A stretch of DNA of 64,000 nt from Rebecca billardiae RCC1528. Taxonomy: Eukaryota > Protista > Haptophyta. The notes below the pieces were generated by a model that was not told the origin of the DNA, searched no databases, and saw only the letters and a program-made list of their open reading frames with translations. Shown here piece by piece: positions 46,482-58,765 of this stretch (position 1 is its first letter; the number at the start of each line of letters is the position of its first letter). The stretch covers positions 1,302,001-1,366,000 of the forward strand of contig OZ251225.1 of the NCBI GenBank assembly GCA_965240325.2, read 5' to 3'. The translations under genes were made by a program, and so were the position numbers.

Positions 46482-47483
46482 GCGCCGCATAGAGATGTCG
46501 TTGCGATTCCCACAAATCTGGCGGCGATCTTAGCGGTACCCCCTTACCCAGTTCATACCGCCTATACAATACGGTAACGGTACGGACCTGGCGCGCCTCG
46601 CCGTGCACCCGCACGAGGCCACGCGCCCCGGCGCGCGCGCGCCCGCGGCCTCGCACCCAAACTGCGAGACGCCGGCAGCGCTCGACGCGTGCCTCGCGCA
46701 GCGCGGCTGGCGAGCACGCTGAACGGCGTGGACGAGGCGCGCAACGCGGAGCGCCGCGAGGGTCACGCCGCGCGTCGAGCCGAACCGCGCGCGGCGCGCG
46801 AGGCCGCCGCGACCGACGCGGTCGCGCGCCATCTGGGCGTCCGGCGGCAGCAGCGCGCACGACGTGCGGACTGCAGTTGCTGCACGACTACCACGCGTCG
46901 ATGGCCGACGCGCGCACGCACGGCGTGATCGGTGCGTGCCGTTGCCGTGCCGCCGTGCCCGAGCGGCCGTGCGCAGCGACGACTGCATTGACTGCATCGA
47001 CGCGCGCCTCGCTGGCGCCTCGGTGGGCCTTGCAGAACTGGGAGAGCCACGCTGCCGCACCTGGCTAATGGCTAAATCGCACACGCGACGCGCGAAGACG
47101 CGGCAGCTCGGATGATACCGTTAGTCAGCGCTGAACGGCCAACTCGTCTCATCGTCGTCGGGTCTGCCGGCCCTGGCAAGCTTCTCCGTCGCGTCCTAGA
47201 CGCGCTGTGTTCGACCAGCCCCACCGGGAAAAGGCCGCTAGGCCCCCGCTGTTTTAATCTCGAGGGCGAGCTTTGAGAGGCACCCCTCGCCGCTGATTGG
47301 ATTCTGAGCTGTAACCGTCCACCCACGCCGTAATCAAGTAGTGGGCGGTACTTTCACTACTTTGGATGGGAGTGCTGCTGCACCAGGTCTCGCGAAGCTC
47401 CAGGCACCGCCCACAGCATCAAGCAGGGGCAGAGCCACAAGTGCCCAGGCGGCAGGGGAGAGCTGCCCATCCCCCAGCCCGGC

Positions 47484-48514
47484 ATGTCCTCGCGCGCGCA
47501 GCGGCCGTACGAGGTGCGCGGTGGGGTGCTCACCCTCAGTGGTCGCAAGGGCGACGCTGAGCTCGGCGCCGCCATCCGCGACCGTCCGTGGGAGAACGTG
47601 ACCACGCTCGACCTCTCGGCGAGCAAGGTGAGCGACAAGGCGATGGTGGACCTCGCTCAGGCGCTTGAGCGCGACATCAAGCGCTCGGCCATCGTCTCGA
47701 TTGACGTGTCCGACTGCCAGCGCATCGGCCGCGACACCGTCACGGCGATCGCCGCCATCATCGAGCGCGTGCGTTCATTCCAATCGGTGTCGTTCCGCGG
47801 CTGCGGTCGGATCGAGGATGACTCGATGCAGATGCTCGCGCTCGTGCTCAAGAGCTCGCGGTCGCCCACGTCGCTCGACCTCTCCCGCTGCTTCTCCCTC
47901 TCCGACGACGCCGTCGTCGAGATCGCCAAGGCGATCACGCGCAATACCAGGTTGGCGACGCTGCGGCTAGCGATGTGCTTCCGCCTCACAGACCGCTCGC
48001 TCGAGCAGCTCGCGGTGGCGCTGCGTAAGAACAAGGCGCTGCAGACGCTCGATGTGTCCTCGTGCTCGCTGCTCTCCGACCGCGGCGCCGTCGAGGTCGC
48101 TCGCGCGCTCCACTCCAACAGCGCGCTCACGCGGCTCGACGTCTCCGGCTGCTACGCGATCGGCGACACTGCCGTGAGCGTGCTCGCCGACGCGCTGCAC
48201 GCCAACTCGACGCTGCGCGAGCTGGGGATGCGCGGGCTGTACAACATCGCGGACGATGGCCTGCGCGTCCTCGAGGAGGCGGCCCTCGCGCGCTCGGCGC
48301 CGCTCACGCTCGAGCTCTCGGGCGTCGACCAGCTGACGCCCGAGCGGCTCGGGCGGCTGCGCAGCGCGCTCGAGGCGCGCGGCGGCTCCCTCCTCGTCGA
48401 GATGCCGAGCCCGCTCGACCTCTCCGAGTTCTCGACGGACGACGGCTCGGCGACGGGGAGCTCGGGGTACGGCGTCGTCCCGCTCCCGAGCTCATACGCC
48501 TCCCCGGCGCCGTA

Positions 48515-48546
<32 letters not shown>

Positions 48547-49678
48547 GCCCGCCCCAGCCGGGGCTGGGCTCAGTGCTGGGCGGGCTGCTGCTGGCGCCCG
48601 CCGGCCTGATGCGCTCGCTGCTCGAGCTCGTCACGCCGCGCTCGGTGCGCGAGGAGCGCGCGGCCGTGTGGATCCAGTCGGCGGTGCGCGGCTTCCTCGC
48701 GCGGAAGCAGGCGCGCTTCGAGGCGCAGGACGAGAGGCGGCTGCGCATCGACGAGTCGCGCGAGGATGCGGCCGCGCGCACCATCTCCAAGCAGTGGCGC
48801 TCGCACCGCGAGCTCGTCGCCGAGCGCAGCGGCGACGGCGGCAACGCGAGGCGGGCGCAGCGCGCCAACTCGTGGCACCTCTTCCCGGCGGCGCGGCGGC
48901 GCGAGGGGGGCAAGGGTCGCAGCAAAGTGGCCAAGGGTAAGCCAGCCACGCACGCCGCCGCCGCGCCGCACGCCGACGCACAGCGCGCGCACACGGAGCG
49001 GCTGCGCAGGCTCGAGGCCGTCGCGCTGTCGGGCGACCACGCGCAGCTGGTCGCGGACACGAAGGGCGTGCTCGCCAAGCTCGCGATGCTCTCGAACGTG
49101 CCCATCGGGCGCTGGGCCATGGAGATCTGGCAGGACCGCTTCGTGAGCGCGCAGCCCATGGGCCTGATGTACCGCAAGGTCGGCTTCAACGAGAAGCCGT
49201 ACGGGGAGCCTCGCCCCATCCCGTACGTCACGATCGACTACGTGCACAGGCTGGACGGCGCCGCGTTCTTCATCAAGACCACGGTGCGCGCGCGCGGCCG
49301 CACGCGCGGGCTGGGGCCGCGTGCGCCGGGCCGCGTGCGCCGGGGTGGTGATCCGGGCGTTCGCGCTCGTCGTGCCCTTATGCGCCGCCGCGCTCCTCGT
49401 GCGCCCTCGCTCGCGCGCCTCACCCTCGGCCGCAGGAGCGCGGGTACGTGTTTGGCACAGAGTCGGAGGAGGAGGCGGAGCGGTGGGTGCACGCGATCGC
49501 GACGCTGTCCTTCTGCGAGCGCCGAGCGCATCAGCCGTTTGCGAGCACGCAGGCGCTGCTCGCGAAGGAGCGCAGACGACAAGCGGCTGCGGCCTCGGGC
49601 CGCCGCAGCCGTGCCAGCAACGACGCAGCCTCCGACGGTGGATCCCCAAACCGCCTGTCACGTGCGCCGACGCGTTGA
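47484..49678 (+). CDS. Leucine-rich repeat (RI-like) protein with IQ motifs and C-terminal PH domain; join(47484..49283,49436..49678)
   Basis: Repeats like LTRLDVSGCYAIGDTAVSVLADALHANST; IQSAVRGFLARK; PH-like KGVLAK...WQDRFV...FFIKTT|ERGYVFGTESEEEAERWVHAI. Confidence 0.85.
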
Positions 49679-50880
49679 CACTGATGGCCCCGCTGATGAT
49701 TCATCGTCACTAAACTAGCAGATGTTTTATTAATAATTATATATAAATATTTTAAATTATAAACATATATATATATATATCTATTGTACGTAACATACGC
49801 AGACTGAATCAGTACTGATCTGATGTACCGGTCCTAAACTGGCGGACTGCGGTACTCGGTTCATCGCCAGCATCATTCATTCCATGATGCGGCGCGCTAT
49901 TATCTGCATGCCATAACTATTAACTAGCGCGAAACTAGCAGCTACAGTACTAGTTATACGCGGTTTTTCATCAGCTCGCCTCTCGTCCAGTGTCTCCTAT
50001 ACCAAGTGTGCACGTTAAAACATAGTAAACTGTACTATCGCTTACGGGACGAAGGCGCGCGCTCAAAAATGACCCAAATAAGCTCCAGAACTCAGCAGAT
50101 CGAAGGCGCCGCGTAGTGAAGCATGGGCCGCGCACCCAGGTGGGTACGGCGCTCTTACGGAATGCGTTCAGGGCACGCTCTTCTCGCCTAATTGCAAATG
50201 TCACAGCCCAGCAGGTGAGTCAAAATCCACCAGGTATACTCGTTCTATGATTTAACGACACAGGTAGGACGACGCGGGTCTCCTGATTCGTCGGCGGCAG
50301 TGCCCGATCGTCGACACGAAGTCGGCGTTGGTGGCAGAGCATACTGTAGCCTGCACCGCGATCGGATTGCTGGCCTAATGCTACTGCCGCGGGAATTAAC
50401 TACTCGGTCTGAGTAGTTGGCGGATCAATGGCGCTCAGGTAGTTCATCATCGAAGTACATACGACTACATGATAATGCTGATTCGAATCGGCGGGCGGAG
50501 TAGCAGACGAATATTCACCATACATTGAATAATGTCCGACCGGCGGGGACTGGTTCTTTTGCTGGGACGGGCGGCGGTGCGCCACTCGTCGACACACTGC
50601 CATGATGATGAGTATGACTGGCATATCGATACTGCTGCTCGTCGGACGGCAATGACGGCAATGCGTCTTGCATGCCCGCCATGGTGGCTTGGTGCTGGTA
50701 GTGGTAGCTGGTGCACCGCGCCCGCGAACGTTCGCAGGCACCGCCGGTCCCGGTGAGCTACTAGTTGGCGTTACATACTTGATTATCATCGAGTCACCGT
50801 TGAACCAGTGAACCGCGTCATAGTCGTCAGATGAGTCCGATTTTTGACGAGGCGGCTCACGCGAGCTGCGGCCCAGGCTC

Positions 50881-50968
<88 letters not shown>
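50881..50968. repeat. (TA)n microsatellite
   Basis: Directly visible. Confidence 0.98.
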
Positions 50969-51990
50969 CTCGCCATTAGCATTGCTCATGATTCGGACTC
51001 GCTAGTCGCAGAGCCGGCTCAGTCGGCTCTGACCGCTCTGAGTTGATTCTCCAGCACGGACTGACACGCTGCCGCGGGCTACTGCATCTGGCGCCTCATT
51101 CCGACCATCAAAAAGCATCGACCGGCTCAGATCGTGGCGACCCCTGCTGGTCTTGGCATCTGTCAGAGCGTCATGTCCGCCCCGCGAGGATCAGCGGATG
51201 CGAGGATCCTGCGGATGGCCGCGCACCGGATTCAATGTGAACGGTGCGGCATTCGGCGGCGCTTATATACTCAGGGCGATTGTGGCCAGTACTATGGCTG
51301 TGATCAAGATCCAGGGCGGCGTGCAGGGCGCAAAGGACGTGGCTGTGTTGATAGAGATCCCTACACGACTGTTGCTGGGCTTTCCCATGAAACATCCTCC
51401 GATCCTCTTGCGCCCGCGCTTCCCGACTACCGTCAGGGGGGAACGCCTCCCAGCGCGCACAATCGTACCGCGGAGCGGACCGCCCCCCCTCCTGGTTGCA
51501 GGGAGTTGGTTGACCATCGTCAAGCCGCGGGGCCTGCGCTGGCAACAGCCGCTTTTGAAAGTCGCACGCACCCATCCGTGCAATATCACTCGCAGGCCGA
51601 ACAGCGCACTACGGCCGCCGTCCATCGCTCGTGCCTGACCGGTCTCGACCGTCCCGGTGCAAAGGCCGCTTTTCGAGATCGTCGTCGAACATTTGCCCAC
51701 TCCGCCTCGATCGGGTTCGCGCATGCAACGACTGACTTCAGACTGGCTGGTGCTCGGCAACGAGCGGACTGGCGGTCGGCGAGAAGACGCCGGAAGACCA
51801 AGAAGCCCCCCTCACATCATTCCCCAACGGACACCCTCGAATAATTACGGGCTTCCGATGCCTCGATCCCTCAAATTTCGTGCCGAGTCCCCGACTGACC
51901 AAGGGCGGGAGAGCGAGTCGCGAGGCGCTCCTTCCCGCTTCCGATCCTGCGTCGCGCGCGCGCGCGACGCGAGCGCCGGGCATTGCGGCC

Positions 51991-54358
51991 ATGCAGCAGC
52001 CGGCCCAGCACATGATGGGGCCGAGCGCAGCCATGCCGCACGCTAGTACGGCGCCTGCTGCACCGCACATGGGGCCCGGCCCCTCGCATACGGAGCAGAC
52101 AGCGCACGCGTCGCGCGAGGATCTGGGTCCCGAGATGCTGATGAGCCTAAGCCAGGCGGCGCAGCAAGAGAGCGCGCTCCCGCAGCAGGGCGGCAGGCTC
52201 GATGGCCACATGCACGGCCAAATGGCCGCGCACGAGCAGCATCACATGATGCAGCAGCGCCCGATGGAGCAGGTGCGCAGCCACGCTTGGGGGCGTGAGC
52301 TCGCGCTCGCGCTCGCCGGGAGCGCGCGCGACGCGCCGCTTGACGTGCGCTCCGAGGGCTGACTTCTCGCGTGGATGCACGGCGCACACCCTTCTCGCCA
52401 CACCTGCGCGCTCAGGTGTACGACCGCATGCCTCACGACGCACCGATGGGATCGACCATGCCACACGACGGCCGAACTGTGCGTCACGCGTTTGCTGCAT
52501 CGCAACAGCGGCGCGGCTCGCACCGGGCGCCCCGCACCGGGCGCACATACCCCCGCTGACACCGCGCACCGCGAACCCCGCTCTCGCCGCTCGCGCGCAG
52601 TACGGCGGGGGTATGTACAACGAGCTGCACCCGTTGCAGGATCCGCGCACGGCGAGTGAGGGCATGCATGTCAACTGGTGTCACCAGTGTAAGGTCAAGA
52701 AGCATGTCGCGCAGTGCACCAACATGCACCCCAAGTGCATGAAGCGGTACTGCGAGAACTGCCTCCGCAACCACTACGGGGAGAACATTGGCGAGGTGAT
52801 GCAGCTCGAGAACTGGGTCTGCCCGTGCTGCCGCTCGCTCTGCGTCTGCGCAGCGTGCAAGCGCAAGACGGCGGCGCTGGTCACGTCGTCGATCGCAGCG
52901 GCGCACGCCATGCACATGAACACGATGAACCCGGTCACCGGACCGCCGGGCATGCCTGGCATGCCCGGGCCTCCGCCACAGATGCAGCCGCCCGCGCCCG
53001 CCACGGGGCCCGTCGCGGGGCACGCTGCGGGGCCCGTCGCGGGCCCAGCGCCGCCGGGGCCGGGTCAGCCACCCGGGCCAATCAATGGACCCCTGATGGG
53101 CCCGGCGAATGGGCAGGGCGGCGCGACGAGCAGCGCGCCCGGAGGGCCGGAGGCGCACCCGGAGGGCGGCTACGGGGTGCCAGCGGCTTCGATGGCCCAG
53201 CAGGGCACGAGCGTGGTCACCGGCCCGCCGCCGGGCACGTACATGCACCTTGCGCCGCATGGGCAACCGCCCATGGCCGGCCCGGGCGATGGCGGCGCGG
53301 TGCCCGGCGGCGCTGGCATGGATCACTCGATGCTCGACTTTCGACCGCCACCACCGCCACCGCCGCCGCCACGCGAGCCGACCGCGCGCATGCCGTATAA
53401 GTGCTCAAAGTGCGGGCTGCCCAAGGTGCGCGCGCGTGCGAGTCTGCGCGGCGTGGCCTCCCCGCGCATGCGCGTGCTGTGCTGTGCTGCCTTTGTGCGC
53501 ATGCACGTGCTCCGCGCCGGCGCTGACACACGTCGCGCGCGCTGCCGCGCATTCCTGCGCCGCAGCAAGGGCACGTGTGCTTGGGCGCGCCGCCGATGAT
53601 GCCGAACGCGCAGATGGCCGCGCAGCGGCATCCCCAGCCCATGCTGCTGCCGCAGCCGTCGTCGTGGCAGCCCACGCGCTCGGAGCTGCTCAACCTCCCG
53701 GTCGACACGCTCAAGTCCGCGCTCGCCGCTCGCAACATCCCGTTCTCGCCGGGCATGCACAAGGAGGAGCTGGCGCGCCGGCTGATGGAGGCGTGGCCGT
53801 CTTCGGCTGGGCCCGGGCTGGACGGAGACGCGCCGCCCGTCGACCCGTCGGCGCAGCCGCCACCGCAGATGATGCCGATGCACATGCAGCCCATCCCGCC
53901 GCCGCAGCCGAGCATGCAGCAGGGCCCGCCGCCCGGGCCCTACCTCCCGGTAGCTCCGCCTGCGCCCGCATGCGCCGGCGCGCCGATGGCCGCCACTGCC
54001 GCGGGCTTCCCGCCGCCGCCGGCCAACGGCCCCGGTGTCACCAGCGAGACGCGCTGTGATGGCGGGAGCCATGTGCAAGCGACAGCCGCGGCGGCCTACG
54101 CACCCGACGAGGGCGAGCCTTCCCAGCTCAGCGCCGCACAGCGCGATGCGCCGGCGGAAGGTAGGAGCCCCCTCTCTCTCGCGCACGCGCTCCCGCGCGC
54201 GCTCCGATGCATCACTGCGTGGGCGTGGGCTCACAGCTGCCGCCTGCCTTCGCGCCACGCGCTTTCCGTGCGTCCGCGCAGGCGGTGACGAGGAACCAAA
54301 CGTTGCCAAGCGAGCGCGCACCGACGAGCCTCAGCAGCCTGCTTCCGCCGGTCAGTGA
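51991..54358 (+). CDS. zf-4CXXC_R1 zinc-finger protein with a CxxC knuckle and SAP-like domain; join(51991..52272,52416..52478,52601..53425,53566..54160,54282..54358)
   Basis: CHQC...C...C...YCENCLRNHYGE...WVCPCCRSLCVCAAC; spliced YKCSKCGLPK|QGHVC; SAP-like LPVDTLKSALAARNIP...KEELARRL; P/Q/M-rich linkers. Confidence 0.82.
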
Positions 54359-54817
54359 ACCCGATTCACTCATTCTGTTGTCGATGCTGGCCGCCATCAG
54401 CTGCGTAGTGCGTCGCCACTGGTTCGAGTTTTCCGCTGGCAGCGCTTCGTCGGGTCATTCATTCAGCATCAGCGTTTTTGTCGCGCGTCAGCTCAACGGT
54501 CATGTCTGCGGTCATCAGGTACGGTACCAGTAGCTGTACGACAAGTGTCTCAGCCTTATAGTCTTAGCAGTCCTCATAGTCATATACCGCGAGGTGCGCA
54601 CCAGGCAGGAGCCCAGCTCACTGGCAGCTGGACGGCGCGACTCTGGTCCCCTGGCGGGGTGGCGCAAGGACTGTCACCTGTCCGGTCCGGGGTCCCCGGC
54701 GCGCCCCACTCCACTGCCAAGAGCCGCTGCGGCGCCGCTGCTGCCGCGCGCTCGCCACCCGCCGCACGAGCGCCGCCGGGTCCGCACGGCCGCGTGCTCG
54801 CAAAGGCGTCGCGCACG

Positions 54818-56968
54818 ATGGACGAGCCGGGCGAGTACGGCGGCGAGGACTTTGAGGGTGCGGACGCTGGTGTCGACCCCGATGACCCCGACGCCCAAAA
54901 GGAGTTCAACATGCACGACGCCATCCTCTTCGTCATCGATGTGACCGAGCCCATGATCCGACACAAGTTCGCATCGGGCGGTTTGCCCTTCGCCTACGTC
55001 GCGATGGAGGCTGCGATCGAGTGCATGACCGACCGCGTGCTCTCGAGCGGCAAGGACCTTGTCGGTGTCCTGCTGTACGGCACGAAGGACCACTCCAACG
55101 CCATGGACTTCAAGCACGTGTGGGAGCTGGTCAAGCTCGCCGAGCCGTCGGCCAAGACCATCCGCATGCTGAAGCACCGCGTGAAGAATGTCGAGGTCTT
55201 CGGCGAGGCGGAGCTCAAGGAGTGTGGCGGCTCGGTAGCAGGTGGGGTCAATCTCCGCGATGTGCTCCTGTGCTCGCAGCTCGCCTTGCAGAAGGACTCA
55301 GCGCGGCGTGCGCGGAAGCGCATATTTCTCTTCACGTGCGACGAGCAGCGCGGTGCGATGCTCGCGCGATCGCCTCGAGCGCGCCGTGGCCGAGGGCTGT
55401 AGGCGGGTCGCGAGTGAGTATCTCACGCCGTGGCAACCCCCCTGCGCCCCGGCTGTGCAGGCGCGTCCCAGTCCGCGCTCGATGACGCTCGGATCAAGGC
55501 TGCGGACATGCGCGGCTCGGATGCTCTCACAGAGATCCGCATCGAGCCCTTCTTCCTGTGCCCGCCGTCGACGGAGTGCTTCGACACGGACGTGTTCTGG
55601 CGCGCGGTCATCGTGGCCAACCGGGGCGAGGAGGACGGCGCGTCGAGCGACGCGTTGCGCGCGGGCGGCGCCGCCCCGGCCGAGCTGGCCCTCACGGTGT
55701 GCGACAGGGACGCGAGCGCGCTGCAGGGCCTCGCCCGACGGGCCAGCGCAAAGAAGCGCGCGTACACGAATCTGCCGATGGTCCTGCCCGATGGCCACGA
55801 GATCGGGCTGACGCTGTATACGCTCGTCTCCAAGCGCGCCAAGCCGCCCGCCCGGAAGCTCGTCGCCGAGACGAACGAGGCGGTGGTGATGAAGACGCGG
55901 CAGCTGAACGCTGCGGACGGGCAGGTGCTCGGCGACCAGTACGACATCGGCCACCTCTTCCCCGTGGGCAATCGGAACGCCATCTTTGAGAGCGTACGCG
56001 CGTGCGCTCAGCGCCTCGCGGCCCCCTGGCCCCCGCCTGCGCCGCCACGATCCCGGCTGACCCGATGCGCGCCGCGCCGACCCGCGCCGCGCGTCGCGCC
56101 GCAGGGCGAGCGCGCCAAGCTCAACTCGGCGTTCGGGCACACGCGCCTGGCGCTGATCGGCTTCAAGTCGCGCGAGCGGCTCAAGCCGTACCACAGCAAG
56201 AAGTCGGGCTACTTCGCCGTGCCGAACGAGGCCTCGCTCAGCGGCAGCACAGCCGCGAGCCGCGCGCTGATCGAGGAGCTGTGCGCGCGCGACAAGATGG
56301 CAGTGGGCATGTACATCGCGCGGCAGGCGGTCTCGATGGTCGCGCTGCTACCGCAGCAGGAGGTGCGCGCCGCCGACGGCGCCGTCAGCCTCCCGTTCGG
56401 CTTCCACGTCCTGCCGCTCCCGTTCGCCGACGACGTGCGCGCGCCGCCGCTTGTCTACGGGCCGGCCGAGCCGAGCGCCGAGGCGGTGGCTGGTGCGAGG
56501 GCTCTCGTCGACGCGATGCGCATCCCGTACGAGCCGCGCAAGAACCCGGTGCTCGAGCGCTTCTACACGGGGCTCGAAGCGTACGCCCTCGCCGAGACGA
56601 ATGTCGCGCAGGTCGAGGACCACACCCTGCCGGACGCGCAGCTCGTCGAGCGCTGCGCACCGCAGGCTGAGGAGTTCAAGGCTGCGGTGTTTGGGGACGA
56701 GTACGCCGAGCCGCAGGCTGGTGGCGCCGCACGCAAACGGGCGGCGGCGGCTGGCGACGCGGGCGGCACGAAGCGGCTCAAGGGCGGCGCCCCGGAGACG
56801 GCGCGCGAGTGGCGCGACCTCGCCAACGCCGACCAGCTTGGCCAGCTCACGGCGCCCATCTTGAAGGGGTACTGCGATCAGCACAGCCTTAAGAAGGGCG
56901 GCAAGAAAGACGAGCTTGCCGCGCGCGTGCGCGATCACATCCTGAGCGCTGGCACCGATGAAGGCTGA
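54818..56968 (+). CDS. KU70: Ku70 DNA end-binding protein; join(54818..55352,55461..55993,56105..56968)
   Basis: vWA DAILFVID...DLVGVLLYGT...KRIFLFT; LIGFK; GFHVLPLPFADDVR; NPVLERFY; C-terminal SAP LTAPILKGYC...GGKKDEL. Confidence 0.94.
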
Positions 56969-57202
56969 CCGCGCGGGCGCGCTTCAACTTGGGCTCCAAA
57001 CCCGCGGGGCGGCGGCGGCCATCGGTTTCGGCACGACAACGATGTGGGTGCCGGTACATAACAGATTTATCGGCGCTGGCCAATCAGAATTCGCCACAGC
57101 TGCCGACGGGAAACAGAGTCGTTTCTGATGTGGGCGGGATTGCGTCGGTCACCACAGCTGGCGGATCGAGACGCCTTGCCACGCCCGGCGCCGGCGGGAG
57201 CT

Positions 57203-58283
57203 ATGGCGCTGCCGCCCATCCGGGGGGGAGCAGTGGGCTCACCCCTGGGGGCCTCTGGGGACAAGTCGTATCTGAAGCAGCGGCGGCGTCCGGTGCCCGT
57301 CATCGAGAAGGGCAGCGCGCCTGATGCACCCGAGGCGGATGTGCACATCGACCTAGTGGACAAGGGCCCGGAGCACAAAAGGAGAATGTCGCAAACGGGG
57401 AAGCGAAAGGCGCCGACGAAGGGGAAAGCACGCGCGCCAGGCGACACGCAGAAGGGGAGCCCGCGCGCGCGTCGGAACAGCCTGAAGGACAGCACGGCTG
57501 GCCCCTTCGTCAAGGAGGCCACGCTCCGCAGGCGGTGTGCGCAAGCGCGGCGGGATTACGAGCGCGCCGTTTTGTGATGGCTCTGACATGCGCCCTCGCG
57601 ATCGCCCGCGCGCGAGCAGGCCGAGGGGAGCGCACAAGAGCCTGCCGCCCGAGCTCGAGAAGCGAGCCAAGGACTTGTTCTACGAGTTCGACTACGATGG
57701 GAACGGCCAGATCGATGCCTCTGAGCTGCGATCAGTGATGAAAAGTGAGTGCTGCGCGCGTGACGCGAGCCCGGATGGAGGCAGGGCGCACTGCCGTCGG
57801 TGCGCGTGTCCTCAGTGGTGCCGACACGCGTGGAGCCTGCCGGCGGGTGGGCATCTCTCACCACCGCGCCCTCGCGACCCCCCCAACCCCCCACCACGCG
57901 CGCGCGCGCGCGTGGCAGCCCTCGGGCACGAGCTGACGCCAAAGGAGGTCCAGTCCATGCTCGACCGCGTCGACCGCAACAAGTCCGGCGCCGTCGACCT
58001 GCGCGAGTTCATGGACTACCTGGCGGAAGTGAACTCGACCGGGCACGACGCGGCGAAGCGACGCTTCGGCGACGAGTCGAACGTGCGCCATCTCGTCGCC
58101 GCGGTGAGCTTGGAAGGGCAGGCGAAGGACGATGTGGGGGACGACACCAAAGTGGACGGCTCGGCGCTGCAGAAGATCCTGTCGGAGGACTTTGACCTGC
58201 ACGACTTCCGGATCGAGGAGGTGCTCCCTGGGCCGATCACGTTCAACTCGCTGCAGGTCTTCCTGCTGGACGGAAAGGCGTGA
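57203..58283 (+). CDS. Calmodulin/centrin-like EF-hand protein with basic N-terminal extension; join(57203..57534,57620..57744,57919..58283)
   Basis: EF loops DYDGNGQIDASE and DRNKSGAVDLRE linked by spliced VMKT|LGHELTPKEVQSML. Confidence 0.8.
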
Positions 58284-58648
58284 TTGTAAGGCACGAGGCG
58301 CCCGGCCGCTGGCCCTCGCATCTTGCCGGCGCCCTCAGGCGGCAGCGCGCCGCCCGGGGGCCGGCCGCTCACGAGTCACGAGTCTGCGAGTAACTCGCGC
58401 GTCACGCTGACTGTCAAATCTGTCAATCACCGGGCTCAGCAGTCGGTGCCGTCGGTGCCGTGATGGCCCGGGCCATCAATGCTCATTGGGCGGCCTGGAG
58501 TGCGGCAGTCCGCTGATGTTGTCATTTCAGGAACCGACGCCGGTAGAATACTTATTATACTATGATACTAATATGTTTTAGCAGTAATTAATAAATAATA
58601 ATCAAATATTTAAATAACGTATACACTCTCTTAGCAGAGCGGTTGAGA

Positions 58649-58693
58649 CTCTCTCTCTCTCTCTCTAGCTCTCTCTCTCTCTCTCTCTCTCTC
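58649..58693. repeat. (CT)n microsatellite
   Basis: Directly visible, with one interruption. Confidence 0.95.
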
Positions 58694-58765
58694 GTCTCGG
58701 GTCACGTCCTGTCGCCCTCATCAGAAAGCTAATCACCCGCGGTACCGCGATGTTTGCGCGAGTGG

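Noticed and set aside
50831-51046. ORF with YIYIYI repeat
   Set aside because: Translation of the (TA)n microsatellite.
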